Shown here piece after piece: positions 13,977 through 24,886 of a DNA stretch of 64,000 bases. The notes below the pieces were generated by a model that was given only the letters and a program-made list of their open reading frames with translations, searched no databases and was not told the origin of the DNA. Source of the DNA: Lophium mytilinum (taxonomy: Eukaryota); contig MU004185.1 in assembly GCA_010093605.1 (NCBI GenBank), positions 269,334-333,333 on the forward strand, given 5' to 3'. The position numbers and the translations under genes were made by a program. Each line of letters begins with the position of its first letter. Positions within the stretch are counted from its first letter, which is position 1.

Positions 13977-14345
13977 TACACAACCATCGCGAGACGGTTA
14001 AAATATGAGTGCTGCTATTCCTATGCCCCGCAGGTATTGGTCACTCTTCTAGCTTCATCCTCAAACTCGTCCTCCATCCTTAAGTAACATATACCTACGC
14101 TCCGCGGCCCTTTCACTCCCATATCTCTCCCTCCGAGTCTCGTTTTGTTAGCATAGTGCGAATAACGAGCATTTCCGACACTTACCCGAACTTTCGTAGT
14201 CCTCGGTGTCATAACCCTTGAACACTGCGTAGCCACTATCCCTCCGCTCACCCCCATAACCGCCATATCCCCCCTCCACGTCCCAGTCCGCGTCCCGAGC
14301 CTGGGTACTGGCAATCAACTCATTGCTCAGCTTCTTTGCCCGAAA

Positions 14346-15785
14346 TCAGTACTCCTCCTCCCACGCTCTCGACGCATCTTTCAACGCAAGCGGTAGGAGT
14401 CGGACTGGATCCACCGCCGCTTTCGGTGCTCTTGCTGCCAATCTCGCCGCTCGGTCTGCGCCTCGGTCTGCCGCTTGGTTGCCTTTTGCGCTCGAATGCC
14501 CATTCACCCAGCGAAGTGTGAGAGGCACCCCCATTGCGTGCAGCTGGTCGGCGGCGTCGTAGATGTCCTCGAGCGCCCACCGCGTCGACGTCAAGGGGCC
14601 TAAGTCGGTCGCTCTCCCGCTTTCAAGGGCAATAAGGCACGGAAGGAAGTCGGTGAAAATGACGACGGGTGCCCTCTTTCCAGCATATGCGTCGATAACG
14701 GCTAGGCCAAGCGCGGCGGCGATAGCGTAGACCTCGGCGTCGCCAGAAGAACCCACATTGCAGCCTATAGGGTACTCGGTCACGTCGAAAATGGTGGTTG
14801 TTGGGGCAAGACGCGCCACCGCAGCGCCCAGGAAAGAGTCGGTGCTATCAGGAGGGTGGTGGGCGGAGCCGTCTGTCCAGAAAGCGTTGTGGGTCCTATT
14901 ATGCGGCAATGCGTCCTCATATGTGATGGATGTTGCGACAGAAGCCCTGCGATCCTCGCGGACCACTTCGCCGGCGAAACTACGTTCTTTTCTGCCCTTT
15001 CTGCCCATTATGGCCTTGTGGAAGGCACTCATTCGGGCCCTGTGTGCGCTTCTGGCAGGTCCGGTCACTTTCCGAGAAGCACGCTTCTGGTCTTTGTGAG
15101 GGATCTCTGCACGCTTTGTGGGGGAGGCGGCGTGAAAGCCGGCTTGGTCTGCGTGTCGTCTTGCGAGTTTTAGCTCGCGGCGTTGCTTGTCGCGGCCTCT
15201 TTGGGCCTTCTTCTGGTCTTCGTCACGCGGGGTCGCCCTCGTCGCCTCTTCTCCGCGCGTTCGTCCACCAGGCGTGGGCGTGAAAAGCGGTAACAGCGGG
15301 TGAAGGACCGGAATAGGGGCGTTTTGGGCCGGATGTTGAGGAAGTTGGCGCCCGAGCGTATCGGGATGCGGAAGAAGAAGAGGCGGGAAGGTAAGAAGAG
15401 GGTGCGCGAGCGTGGTTGGATGTTGAGACAGAAGAGACGAGAAGGATGGGAGCGGTGCTTGTGTGACAAGAGATGGAAGAGGGTGAAGTTGAGCAGGAAG
15501 GGTCCGTGCGAACGACGACGAGAGGGTTGGGAATCCAGCGTGACCTACGGCGGCTGGTGAATTTTCCGCCAGCCTCTGAATCGGGGTGCTTGTGGGAGTC
15601 GGTGGGACGCCGAACGAGAATCCGGGCGCCGTCGCTGCGAAATTGACGGGCTTCTCGGCGACTCGAGCCAACCATGGCACCTTTGAGCTGTCCGTTGCGC
15701 CTCGCGCGTACTTCGCGAAGCCGACGAGAGAAGGCGCTGGGACGGCTGGTTCATCGGCGCCGGAGGGGTCTCTGTTGTCGTCCAT
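14346..15785 (-). CDS. Stand-alone RNase H (RNase HI-like) domain protein with a long low-complexity N-terminus; possibly truncated by a premature TGA
   Basis: FWTDGSA, DAEVYAIAAAL, IFTDF and WVNGHS..GNQAADRGA supply the D-E-D-H-D set. No reverse transcriptase ORF is adjacent. Confidence 0.75.
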   Translation of the reverse strand: MDDNRDPSGADEPAVPAPSLVGFAKYARGATDSSKVPWLARVAEKPVNFAATAPGFSFGVPPTPTSTPIQRLAENSPAAVGHAGFPTLSSSFARTLPAQLHPLPSLVTQAPLPSFSSLLSQHPTTLAHPLLTFPPLLLPHPDTLGRQLPQHPAQNAPIPVLHPLLPLFTPTPGGRTRGEEATRATPRDEDQKKAQRGRDKQRRELKLARRHADQAGFHAASPTKRAEIPHKDQKRASRKVTGPARSAHRARMSAFHKAIMGRKGRKERSFAGEVVREDRRASVATSITYEDALPHNRTHNAFWTDGSAHHPPDSTDSFLGAAVARLAPTTTIFDVTEYPIGCNVGSSGDAEVYAIAAALGLAVIDAYAGKRAPVVIFTDFLPCLIALESGRATDLGPLTSTRWALEDIYDAADQLHAMGVPLTLRWVNGHSSAKGNQAADRGADRAARLAARAPKAAVDPVRLLPLALKDASRAWEEEY

Positions 15786-16134
15786 CGTGGATTGTAGGTT
15801 GGTTGATGATTAGTGGTTGGAGAGTCAGTCTGCAGTAGGAGGAAGCTCAGACGGTGGCACGAAGGCTGCAAGACAATCGGCAACTGGTCACGATTGTAAT
15901 GCGAGCGCTGTCGAGGTTGGAGGTTGAAGGAGAAGTTGACGGTCGACGTCAATAGAAGAAAAGACACGTCCAAACTAGCGCCTTGGCGACAACACTCCCA
16001 CGTGCAGGTGAGGTGGAAGGGCTCGGTGAGGAGGAACAAGCTGCCGACGCCGGAAAATCAGTCCTTCCGAAGGCTAGATTTGTAGTCTTGTGATGCTGCG
16101 AGGTCTGGAAGCAGTAAATGGTGAAAGTTGTAAA

Positions 16135-17046
16135 GAGCACGCTTTGGCCGCATATAGTAACTTTTCTGTCATGAAAGGGGCACGTTTTGGGGGCTTTTAG
16201 TAATACTTTCGTAGTAGTAAGGCATATTCTAGCTACAAATTCGATTTTTTAGCACTAAGAGGGCACGCTTTCGGTACTAATAGTGCTACTTTCCACATAA
16301 GTAGGGCGCCCTTCGGGTACAAACAGTAGATCTTGTAACACCAATGCGTGGTATAAAATGCTACTTCTTCTCTTCTTATTAATATTTCTTCTTCTAGGAC
16401 CGAAAGCGTTACTTCTCCCTACTTGTAATATATTCGGCTTAAAGCAACTCTAAATTATCTTATATCTTAGGCTGCTTAAACCGCGCTACTTAGACGTTTA
16501 TTTTGCTAGGTTATATACCTATAGAAGACTCCCCACAAGGTACAAGACTTTTAGAAATGTGAATGTCACGTTCTAGACTCTTTAGATTAGGTCTCTAACA
16601 GGTAAATAGCTTTTAGACATGTCCGAAGGCTATGCACCTGCCAAAGACCTAATATAGGGTGTCCAGAACGTGACATTCACATTTTCCAAATTTGCAACGT
16701 CCAGGAGCGTCTGGAAGCGCTATCCAAACTGCCAAAATACGCGATCGAATGGCTCGATATTGTATGCGAGGGAAGTAAGACGTTAATTCTCTTACGTGCT
16801 AAATCAGGCTATGTTCGCGGATGTTTTGGAGGCTTTGATACCGCCTGAAGACACCCCTTGGCGTGGGACGTTTTAAAAATATGGATGTCACGTTCTAGAC
16901 ACCACAGATCAGAACCTTGCTTCTCGTGCGTGCGATATCAGGCTACGCGAACACCTGTTTTGGAGGCTTAGCTAGCGCTTGAAGACGCCCCTGGACGTTA
17001 CATATTTGAAAAATGTGAATGTCACGTTCTACACCCCGCAGATTAG
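16135..17046. repeat. AT-enriched composite repeat region with a ~135-bp unit (3 direct, 1 inverted copy) and short gggcacgcttt-type repeats; likely transposon relic
   Basis: aatgtgaatgtcacgttct-like core at ~16557, ~16880, ~17012 and inverted at ~16665-16684. (g/a)g(g/a)gcacg-ttt-like motifs at ~16135, 16177, 16260 and 16304. Confidence 0.8.
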
Positions 17047-18527
17047 AGAGATCCCTTCATGTTTTCGACTTCCCTCTGCTTCGTCTTCCCTTTTCTCTCC
17101 TCAAACATACTTCTCACAACCCTCCTCGACCTCTCGCACAGAATTTGGAAAAGGGAATCGTCGACATCATCCTCTCCCTCTCCTCCCAGCATTCCTAGTA
17201 CCCAAACCCCACAATCCTCTTCCAGTACCCCTCGCCGAAAGTTCACCGCATAGTCTCGATTGACGCTGACGGTGCCGTCTAAAATTGACGTCATGCCAGC
17301 GAAGAGAGCGCCGTAGTCGTGGCGTTTATACCCTGTGGCGGGTACCACAAGATCGAATGGTTTTTCACTCGTTTGCCCGTGGCAGGTGGTTGAGAGGATG
17401 ATTTTGCCACCCACATCGCGGCGTGCGGCAGTGACTGTAGTAGAAGAGAGGAAGCGTGTCGCGGAGTTCCGAAGCTTGTTCTGTTTCGAGGGGATACGCT
17501 GGTTATACTGGGCTGCATATAGCGAATCTAATAGTGGCGAAGAGGCGGTAGGGTAGGTTGTACTCTCGTGTAGCACACTTCCTCTGATTAACTCTGGTGG
17601 GTATAGGGGGTGGGAAGTTTGCAGCGTTGTTGTCGTGCTGTCATTTATTAGCACTTCCTTTCAATCACTTGCTTTTTCTCCATTCTTTGAAGCGACAGAG
17701 ATGTTGGGGTAAGGAAAAAGAAAAGAGGATACCCACAAAGCAGTGTCTTCATCCGCTCGAAAGTGTTGTTCTTCCATCAGAACCGTAACTCGATACCTCG
17801 GATTCTTTCCGTTCAAATACTCCACAACCTCAGCAGCGTGCTGCCCACCCCCCACAACCGCGATTTCCCGTCCCCTCCACCCATCTTTCTCTCTCTTCTC
17901 TAGCTCCTCTCGAAACTCCGCCGCGTGAACCACAGCCACCTTTAAACTCTTCGATTTTAGAATAGCTGGGAAAGCGAGCTCGACGCCCATCGCACACACC
18001 ACCTTTCTCGCTCTCCATTCCCTCAATTCCCCTTTCTCTCCCTCTCTTGCGAAGACTCTAAAAGCTTCAACCTCCCCACTCCTCCCTTTAGCAGCTTCTA
18101 CACCCAGGACCTCGCACCCGAATCTGACCTCCGCCCCATCGCGAATAAATTCCTCCCCACACCACCGCAGATACGCGCGCACGAGCTCTCTACTCGGCTG
18201 CACGCGTCCGAGATTGGTGTAGTCGACGAGGAGGTTACGAGTATATAGGAAGTTTACGAAGGTGTATTTTGAGCGGGGTTCATTGGAGGTTACGAGGTCT
18301 GAGATGAAAGATGTGCTCATATGCGCTGCGGGGAGAGAGGGGCCGGGCGACCATGCTTTTTGGGGGTGTGCCTCCAGGTAGAGGGTCTTTAGAGCACTTT
18401 GAGGAATTGTGGAAGCCAGGTTTGCGGCGAGAGAGAGGGCAGTGGTGCCAAACCCGATTGTGAGGATGTCGTAGACTGGCAATGAATGATCTGAAGAAAC
18501 AGTGGGGCTGAGTTCTGAGGAAATCAT
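17043..18527 (-). CDS. L-ornithine N5-monooxygenase (SidA)-like flavoprotein, highly divergent; intron ~17638-17736
   Basis: YDILTIGFG, SFISDLVT..PRSKYTFVNFL, TNLG..PSR, IAVVGGGQHAAE, ATGYKR and VSVNRDYAV follow the SidA/IucD layout. Splicing TT|C restores the frame (DTAF-TTT). Confidence 0.8.
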
Positions 18528-19215
18528 TGCTGCTGAACGGTGTGAGGGAGTCCCCTGAGTTCCTCGAAAGATTGACTTGAAGGGTGAGAGCCTATAGCTT
18601 TGGAAATGCTACCGAAATCAAAATCCCGACTACACGGTTGTGAAACAGATGGCGGCCTCTTTCTCGACCATCTTACCAAAGCCGTATTGATATTCCGAGA
18701 GCTCTCATTTCATCACTTACCTTAAAACCTGGTATTAGACCACCTCGCTGCACTCGTCTGATCCACTCGCCGAAAAGCGATATGCAACCCTGCAATATCA
18801 CATTCGCAGGCCGCCCGACCTCGGCGTCATACCCACTTCGCTGGGCTAGAGTATTACCCGCCACCACACGAACGACGACCCCATCTTTGAAGCCCAAAAT
18901 TTCCCAAACGATGATGCCAGGCCCCGAGGCGCAAGGGTGACGTAGCCGAGCAGCAGTCTTGCCCGCCAGGTGGGATACAGTACCCCCTTTTCGCGCCAAA
19001 TACATACAATACAGATATGATATTATCGGGCCCTTGCCGTCGTGCCCTGCTCGCAACCCTCCAGCTGGACCTGGTGCACGGGAAGATTCCCAGTAATACA
19101 GTTCAAACTCACTACGTAAAAGGGTGGGATAGTCGCTGGATCGTCACCCCTCTTCCCCAATTTCCGCTCGCATACGCATATCCCACGGCGCCAAGGTGAG
19201 ACTCTTGGGATTTTG

Positions 19216-19723
19216 ATCTGATAATTTTTCCCTGCACGCTGGGCAGGGATAGAGTTTACCGGGGGCGGACGTGGCGCGGCTGGGGCGCTGGGCGCTTTCT
19301 TAGGCGCCCGAGCTAAGGGCAGGTGGAGATGGGTCGGCGGATTCCGGGTGCGCCCCCATCTTATCTGATCCCCGCGGATCGGGAGAGTGAATGGAACTTG
19401 GTATTGTTCGGTGCCGTTGAGTCTAGCGGAGTCGATGGGGAAGGAGCAGCGATGATCGAACGATGTCATGATCTCGGTAGTAAGGAGATGACGGGATGGC
19501 TTCTTCTCCTGGGGAAAGGTTTTAGTATGGAGCTGGTTAGGGTGAATTGACCACCTGCGTGATGAAAGTTTCGCAGTTGCAGCAAAGAGCCGAGAGCACT
19601 GTTGTTCGGAAGACCTGGATGGGGAAGTCGACTAATTGGGGTCATGCAGCCCTGAGAATTCACTGCTGTAGTTTCATGTGCTAGGATCTGCTTAGATTTT
19701 GCAGCTTCTACATCTTATCAGAT
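19216..19723. promoter_or_regulatory. Three SreA/SRE-type GATA sites (ATCWGATAA) in the sidA-like/sidI divergent promoter
   Basis: atctgataa at 19216-19224; ttatctgat at 19361-19369 and ttatcagat at 19715-19723 (both ATCWGATAA on the minus strand). Confidence 0.8.
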
Positions 19724-19763
19724 TTCTCCTATCCACTCTATCAATCTATTCGCACCTTTCAAA

Positions 19764-21692
19764 ATGATATCTGAAGCTCCATCCACTGACCCCCAGCCCT
19801 TATCCTTTCTCACAGGTCCGACCGACCCACCCCTCCTCTCCCTAACACTCGCTTCCCTCCTCGACCTCCAGGCTCTTCGGTTTGCATCTTCTGAGTTCCT
19901 TGTCTTCCCATGGACAGGCGCAAGATGGAGTTTCGAAAGACTACGAGCGGAGAGTGTGGCTCTCGCAAAAGGATTAGTAGCTCTGGGAGTGCGGAGAGGT
20001 GATCGAGTTGGTGTCATGGCTGGGGACTGTGAGGAGTTCGTCGCCTTAGTGTTTGCGTGCGGACGAATAGGAGCTATTCTGGTGTTGTTTGGAATGGGAG
20101 GGAAGGAGGCAGAGGTTAGGGCTGGCTTGGAGTTTGTTGGTGAGTTGATGCGCTTGGATACTGCACGCTTGCGAGCAGGTGGATTAGGTTGAGATTTTGA
20201 ACTGGGCTGATAGGTGTATAGAATGCAAACTCTTTCTCACCACGCAAAGCATCGGGAAGCATATCGATAATACGGAACTGCTACAGCTACTGCATAATGA
20301 TCCTCCCAAGGGACTTGAGGAAGTGATATTGCTACGCGGTCGTCTGCAGCCATTCCGCGACTATGGCCTGTTAATAGATGCTGGATTGGATATTTCGCTG
20401 GAGAAGATACTGGAGCTGAGTGCACTTGTGAAACCGGAAGAAGTCTGTAACCTGCAATTCACGAGTGGGACAACCGGACGGCCGAAGGCAGCTATGTTGA
20501 CGCATTAGTGCGTATTCCCCTTTCTTTGCAGTGCTCATGTCTCGAACTACATCCAGCACTGTAAAGAAGCAAATCTTTGGAGATATCACTGACGTGTCCC
20601 AGCTGTGTGACCAACAATGCCCGCTTCATTGGATCCCGCATGGCTTTTACTCCCTCCGATACCCTCTGCTGCCCACCGCCGCTATTCCACTGCTTCGGGC
20701 TTGTGCTAGGCATGCTCGCTGCCCTCTCCCACGGCACCAAAATCGTCTACCCTTCAGAAGTCTTCGACCCCTCTGCTTGCGTTGCCGCGCTCATAGAAGA
20801 AGACTGCACAGCACTCCACGGTGTACCCGCAATGTTCGACGCCATCTTTGACGTCCTCCCCGAAGGTTTCGCAAGCGGACGTCTACGAACGGGGATTGTA
20901 GCTGGCGCGCCGGTGCCGCGGGCAATTGTAGAGGGACTACTAGGGACCTTGGGAATGCGTGAGTTCACGAGCAGTTATGGCTTGACTGAAGCGTCTCCGA
21001 CATGCTTCAATGCGTTCTACGACGACCCACTGGCTCACAGGCTCAATACTGTTGGCACGTTGATGCCGCACGCGAAGGCGAAGATTGTGGATCATGATGG
21101 GAAGACAGTCCCTGTTGGTGTGCGCGGAGAACTCTGCATTGCTGGGTATCAGCTACAAGCGGGTTATTGGCGCGATCCAGAGAAGACAGCAGAGACTATG
21201 ATGCTTGACGAGGAAGGTGCGGTATGGCTACGGACCGGTGACGAGGCTGTGTTTGATGGGAGCGGCGGATGCAAGATTACTGGTCGATTCAAGGACATTA
21301 TCATCCGAGGTACGATTCGTCCTTTGCCAGCGTTGTCGAGTACTGACACCAATTCAGGTGGCGAGAACATCTACCCCATCGAAATCGAGGAGCGACTAGC
21401 TGCCCACCCCGCCATCGCCCGTGCGGTAGTAGTCGGCCTCAAGCACCGCAAGTATGGCGAAGTCGTGACCGCATTCCTGCAAGCTAGGGATAACGAGCGG
21501 CCTTCCGATGAGGCAATCAAGGAGTGGACTTTGATGAAGCTTGGTCGGCACAAGGCTCCGGCGCATGTCTTCTGGTTCGGACACGACGGGGTCCCGATTG
21601 AGATTCCGCTGACAGGGAGTGGAAAGGTGAGAAAATTCGAAATTGCCCAGATGGGGGAAGCTTTACTGGCGCGGAGACGTCCCAAGCTGTAA
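19764..21692 (+). CDS. sidI: Acyl-CoA ligase (mevalonyl-CoA ligase SidI-like), about 3 introns, C-terminal -PKL
   Basis: LQFTSGTTGRPKAAMLTH, PPLFHCFGLV, SYGLTEASP, RTGD, GRFKDIIIRGGENIYP and TGSGKVRK; located in the siderophore cluster. Confidence 0.85.
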
Positions 21693-21964
21693 ATATATAG
21701 TCCGATTTGCGCCCTCCAGAACATTCTTTTCACCTTCTCGAGCGTCTCATACCTCCGAGGAGATCATCCACAGATATAGACTAGCGTATAATGTACGTCT
21801 ACATCGCTCAACTTCACACGTGCGGCAAAAGGATGCAACATCGCTAGTCACAAACCAACAATAAATCAAAAGACGACTGAACTGGAATGAGGTTCGACTA
21901 TTCAATACAATGCACAAACACAAATCGTTTCTCCCCTTTTGGACCCATAGCCCTCAAACTCCCT

Positions 21965-23401
21965 TCACAGCTTCGCAGGTAACCTAATACCCGTCCCACC
22001 AACCCATCCTCCCTGACTATCCAGTGGACAGAGCTGGAAAAACCTCTCCCGCCCACACCTCATGAATGCGCTCCGCTTATGTGGTAAATCCACAAATTTC
22101 TCGATGCTAAAGCCTGTCATGAGATCATACGCCAACACAGACGCATTCTCCAACTTCGGCTCACCCACGACGGCCATAGTCCGCGGATCGTCGAGGAACA
22201 GATAGTGGATCAGCGACGCCCACCAAGCCGTCGCCCGATGCCGACCCCGGAAATTTGCATTACCGACGAGTGAGTGCCGCCCACGATCGAAGTCGTGGGG
22301 TGTGTAGTGTGCACCTAGGTGATCCTCCTATTTCCACATTAGCTTACTATCCTCAATCGTCAATCCTCACATTAAGAGCCCGCCAATAGTAAAGTCAACA
22401 ACAGATAAAGAGTGTTAACATACCTTCACCCAATAAATCTCAAAATACGCAAAATAATTCTCCTCAAATCTCGCCAACACAGCCACCTGATGCTTATCCG
22501 CATCCATCTTCCTAAGATACTCCGTATGCTGCTCCACCGTCCCCTCCTCATTCCACCCAGCCGCGACCCGGGGATCGTTCTGCCACGTATGGAACAGGTT
22601 CACATGCTCGGCATCTCTATAATCCAGCGCCACCATGCTAAAGTTCTCGTCCAGATGCGGGATATATCTGCTATAGATCACGCTCCCGGGGGTGGGCTTG
22701 GCCGGGCGCCGAGGGTGCAGCGTGTGCACCCGCGTGGACGGGAAGAGGGTCGTGAGGGTGTAGGTGAGCGCGGCTTCGTTAGCGGAGAACCTCTGTCTTG
22801 AGCCATCGGCGGACGGTAGCCACGCGGAGCCAGCGCCGAAGGGGGCGCCCGCGCCTTGCCAGAAGGTAGCTCGCAGAAGTAGGAGCTCGTTGGTGGTTGG
22901 TTCTAGGGGCTCGTTGCGGAGGGGATCTTGCTCTGGGTGGGCAATACCAAGGGAGGTAGAGATTATTGCGCTGCTGAGAGCGCTGCTTGAGGGGCCATTG
23001 AGGGCGACGCGGACGCTTTCGAGCTCGGGGCGGAGGACGAAGATGGCGTAAGAGAGCAGCCAGAATTGAGCAGGGGTGGGGGCAACGCTGGAGCTCCAGG
23101 TTAGGTTTGTGGAAAGAGAGCGACGCGCGCGAGCCCAGGCGGAGTTATTCGACGAGGGAATTGCATCGGTGCCAGGTGTGGGCTGAAGAGGCGTGAAGTA
23201 GAGATCTGAGTTGTGCAATTGGAGTGGTGGGTCGGTCTCCTCTTTGCTCAGACCGTTTTTGGGAGAGCCTTTGCGGACTTGAAGCAATTGGGTGCCGCCG
23301 TCATGCTTCTCGGTTGCTGCGATGTGGTAGGTTGTGAGATATGGATGAGGAAGACAGAGCTTCGCCAGTACTGTCTTGTCTAGAATCTCAGGAGCTGTCA
23401 T
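21965..23401 (-). CDS. sidF: N5-hydroxyornithine acyltransferase (IucB/AlcB-type), 1 intron (~22329-22422), C-terminal -AKL
   Basis: [62 protein letters not shown] and DLPHKRSA. The probable ATG is at 23401. Confidence 0.9.
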
Positions 23402-23792
23402 TTTGAAGCTTGCTAGATAACTGGCGGTAGAATGTTGTGAAGATAGTAATGACAGTATTGGACGAAAGAGGAGCAAGGCCTGAAACCCCCAAACTACCTC
23501 CAACACTCACAGAAATTCTCGGTCAAGCTCGCCAAAGCTCAATCCATGGTGTCATCAGGGCGTACCCAACCCACCGGCAACAATTTCCTACCTCTAACCC
23601 ATACCGGCAGCCCGCCTCATCCGTCAGCCGTCCTTCGCTCACCTCCGCGTCTCCACCCAAGAAAAGCCACTGCGTAATTAGTTCTCGCCCTCGTATACAA
23701 CGGTCCCTCGGCAACCCTAAACAAATGGCGTGCTCCCAGGTATACTCCCAAGATCACCCCTCTCTTGGCCCCCTTCGCGTACAACGCAGATG

Positions 23793-24061
23793 ATCTGATA
23801 AAACGACCCTCCGCACCGACAAATTTATGGGGCTGTTAGCCCGGCGCTAGCGTCCTACCAGTCCCCGAGGCGCAAGGAATGTGCGGATCTGATAACTTTA
23901 TTCGCGCCCATCCCGCCCCCAGTCCACGCTTCGCACGCGCCCCGACATCGGCGCGCCAGGCCGCGGTTCCAATAAAGTTATCTGATCCGCTGCTTGATAC
24001 CTTGGTGCTGTTGCTAGCGTCGGAGAGTCCTCCGCGCGCGAGGTCAGCGTTTTTATCAGAT
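23793..24061. promoter_or_regulatory. Four SreA/SRE-type GATA sites upstream of sidF
   Basis: atctgataa at 23793-23801 and 23887-23895; ttatctgat at 23978-23986; ttatcagat at 24053-24061. Confidence 0.85.
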
Positions 24062-24886
24062 CAAATGCCGCGGATATTTGGGGGTGCTGCTGCAGGCTCA
24101 GACACGCTACAGCGACCTTCGAGCGTGTGACTATGTATCAATACTTGTGACGACGAAAACGGAGTATTGGCGCGGTCTTAGACCCCGTGAATGTTGGAAG
24201 GCGGGCTGGTGGTAATGTGGGCCTTTCATTGCATACGCAAGGGGATCAGCGGTACCAATACATACGAGTTATTATGGCGTTTGGTGGCTTATGTCGCTTC
24301 GCCACTGTGTCGGTGGCTGCATTGCAAGTTGCATGTGCCGAGAGTGGATTCTCCCAGCGGTCCGGGGCATCCTTCGCTTCGACTTTATTCCAGTCGCTGC
24401 ATTGCGGGTGTGGAGGAACACGACGTGGTTTCTCTTCTTCCTTAGCGCGGAATCCTCGAGAAATGAGGACACTTGGCTAGGTGACCAGCTAAGAGCGAAG
24501 TGCGCAGTGGCTTGCGTATTTTAGCCGTTGTATCCGAGCTTGCATAATGCACGTTTTTGCGAAGCGTGCAGGCGAAATGCGGAAGTGTACCAAGTTTCCA
24601 AGAGGTCTTGGTCCTTGTAAGACGTGATGTGGCCTCCGCGGGCACCAAGGCAATTTTGCAGTTTCTTGGTGTAAAGCGCTTTACGGTCACTGTGCTGGAC
24701 TGAATTTCAAGACGCAAAGCGAAAGTTTACTGTCTCCGATAGCTGCGTAGAGAGAAGAATTTCATCAGGCTTAGGTGTCGCCTCGGAGTTTTGTGAAGCG
24801 TAGAAGCGTTGGTGTAAAAGTAGTATTATAGGAGATATATGATTTGATGAATTCTTTTGTCCTTCAAGGATACATACTCACTCCGC

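Noticed and set aside
14346..15785. Intact LINE or LTR retrotransposon
   Set aside because: Only RNase H is present; no RT, gag, integrase, LTRs or poly(A) tail were seen.
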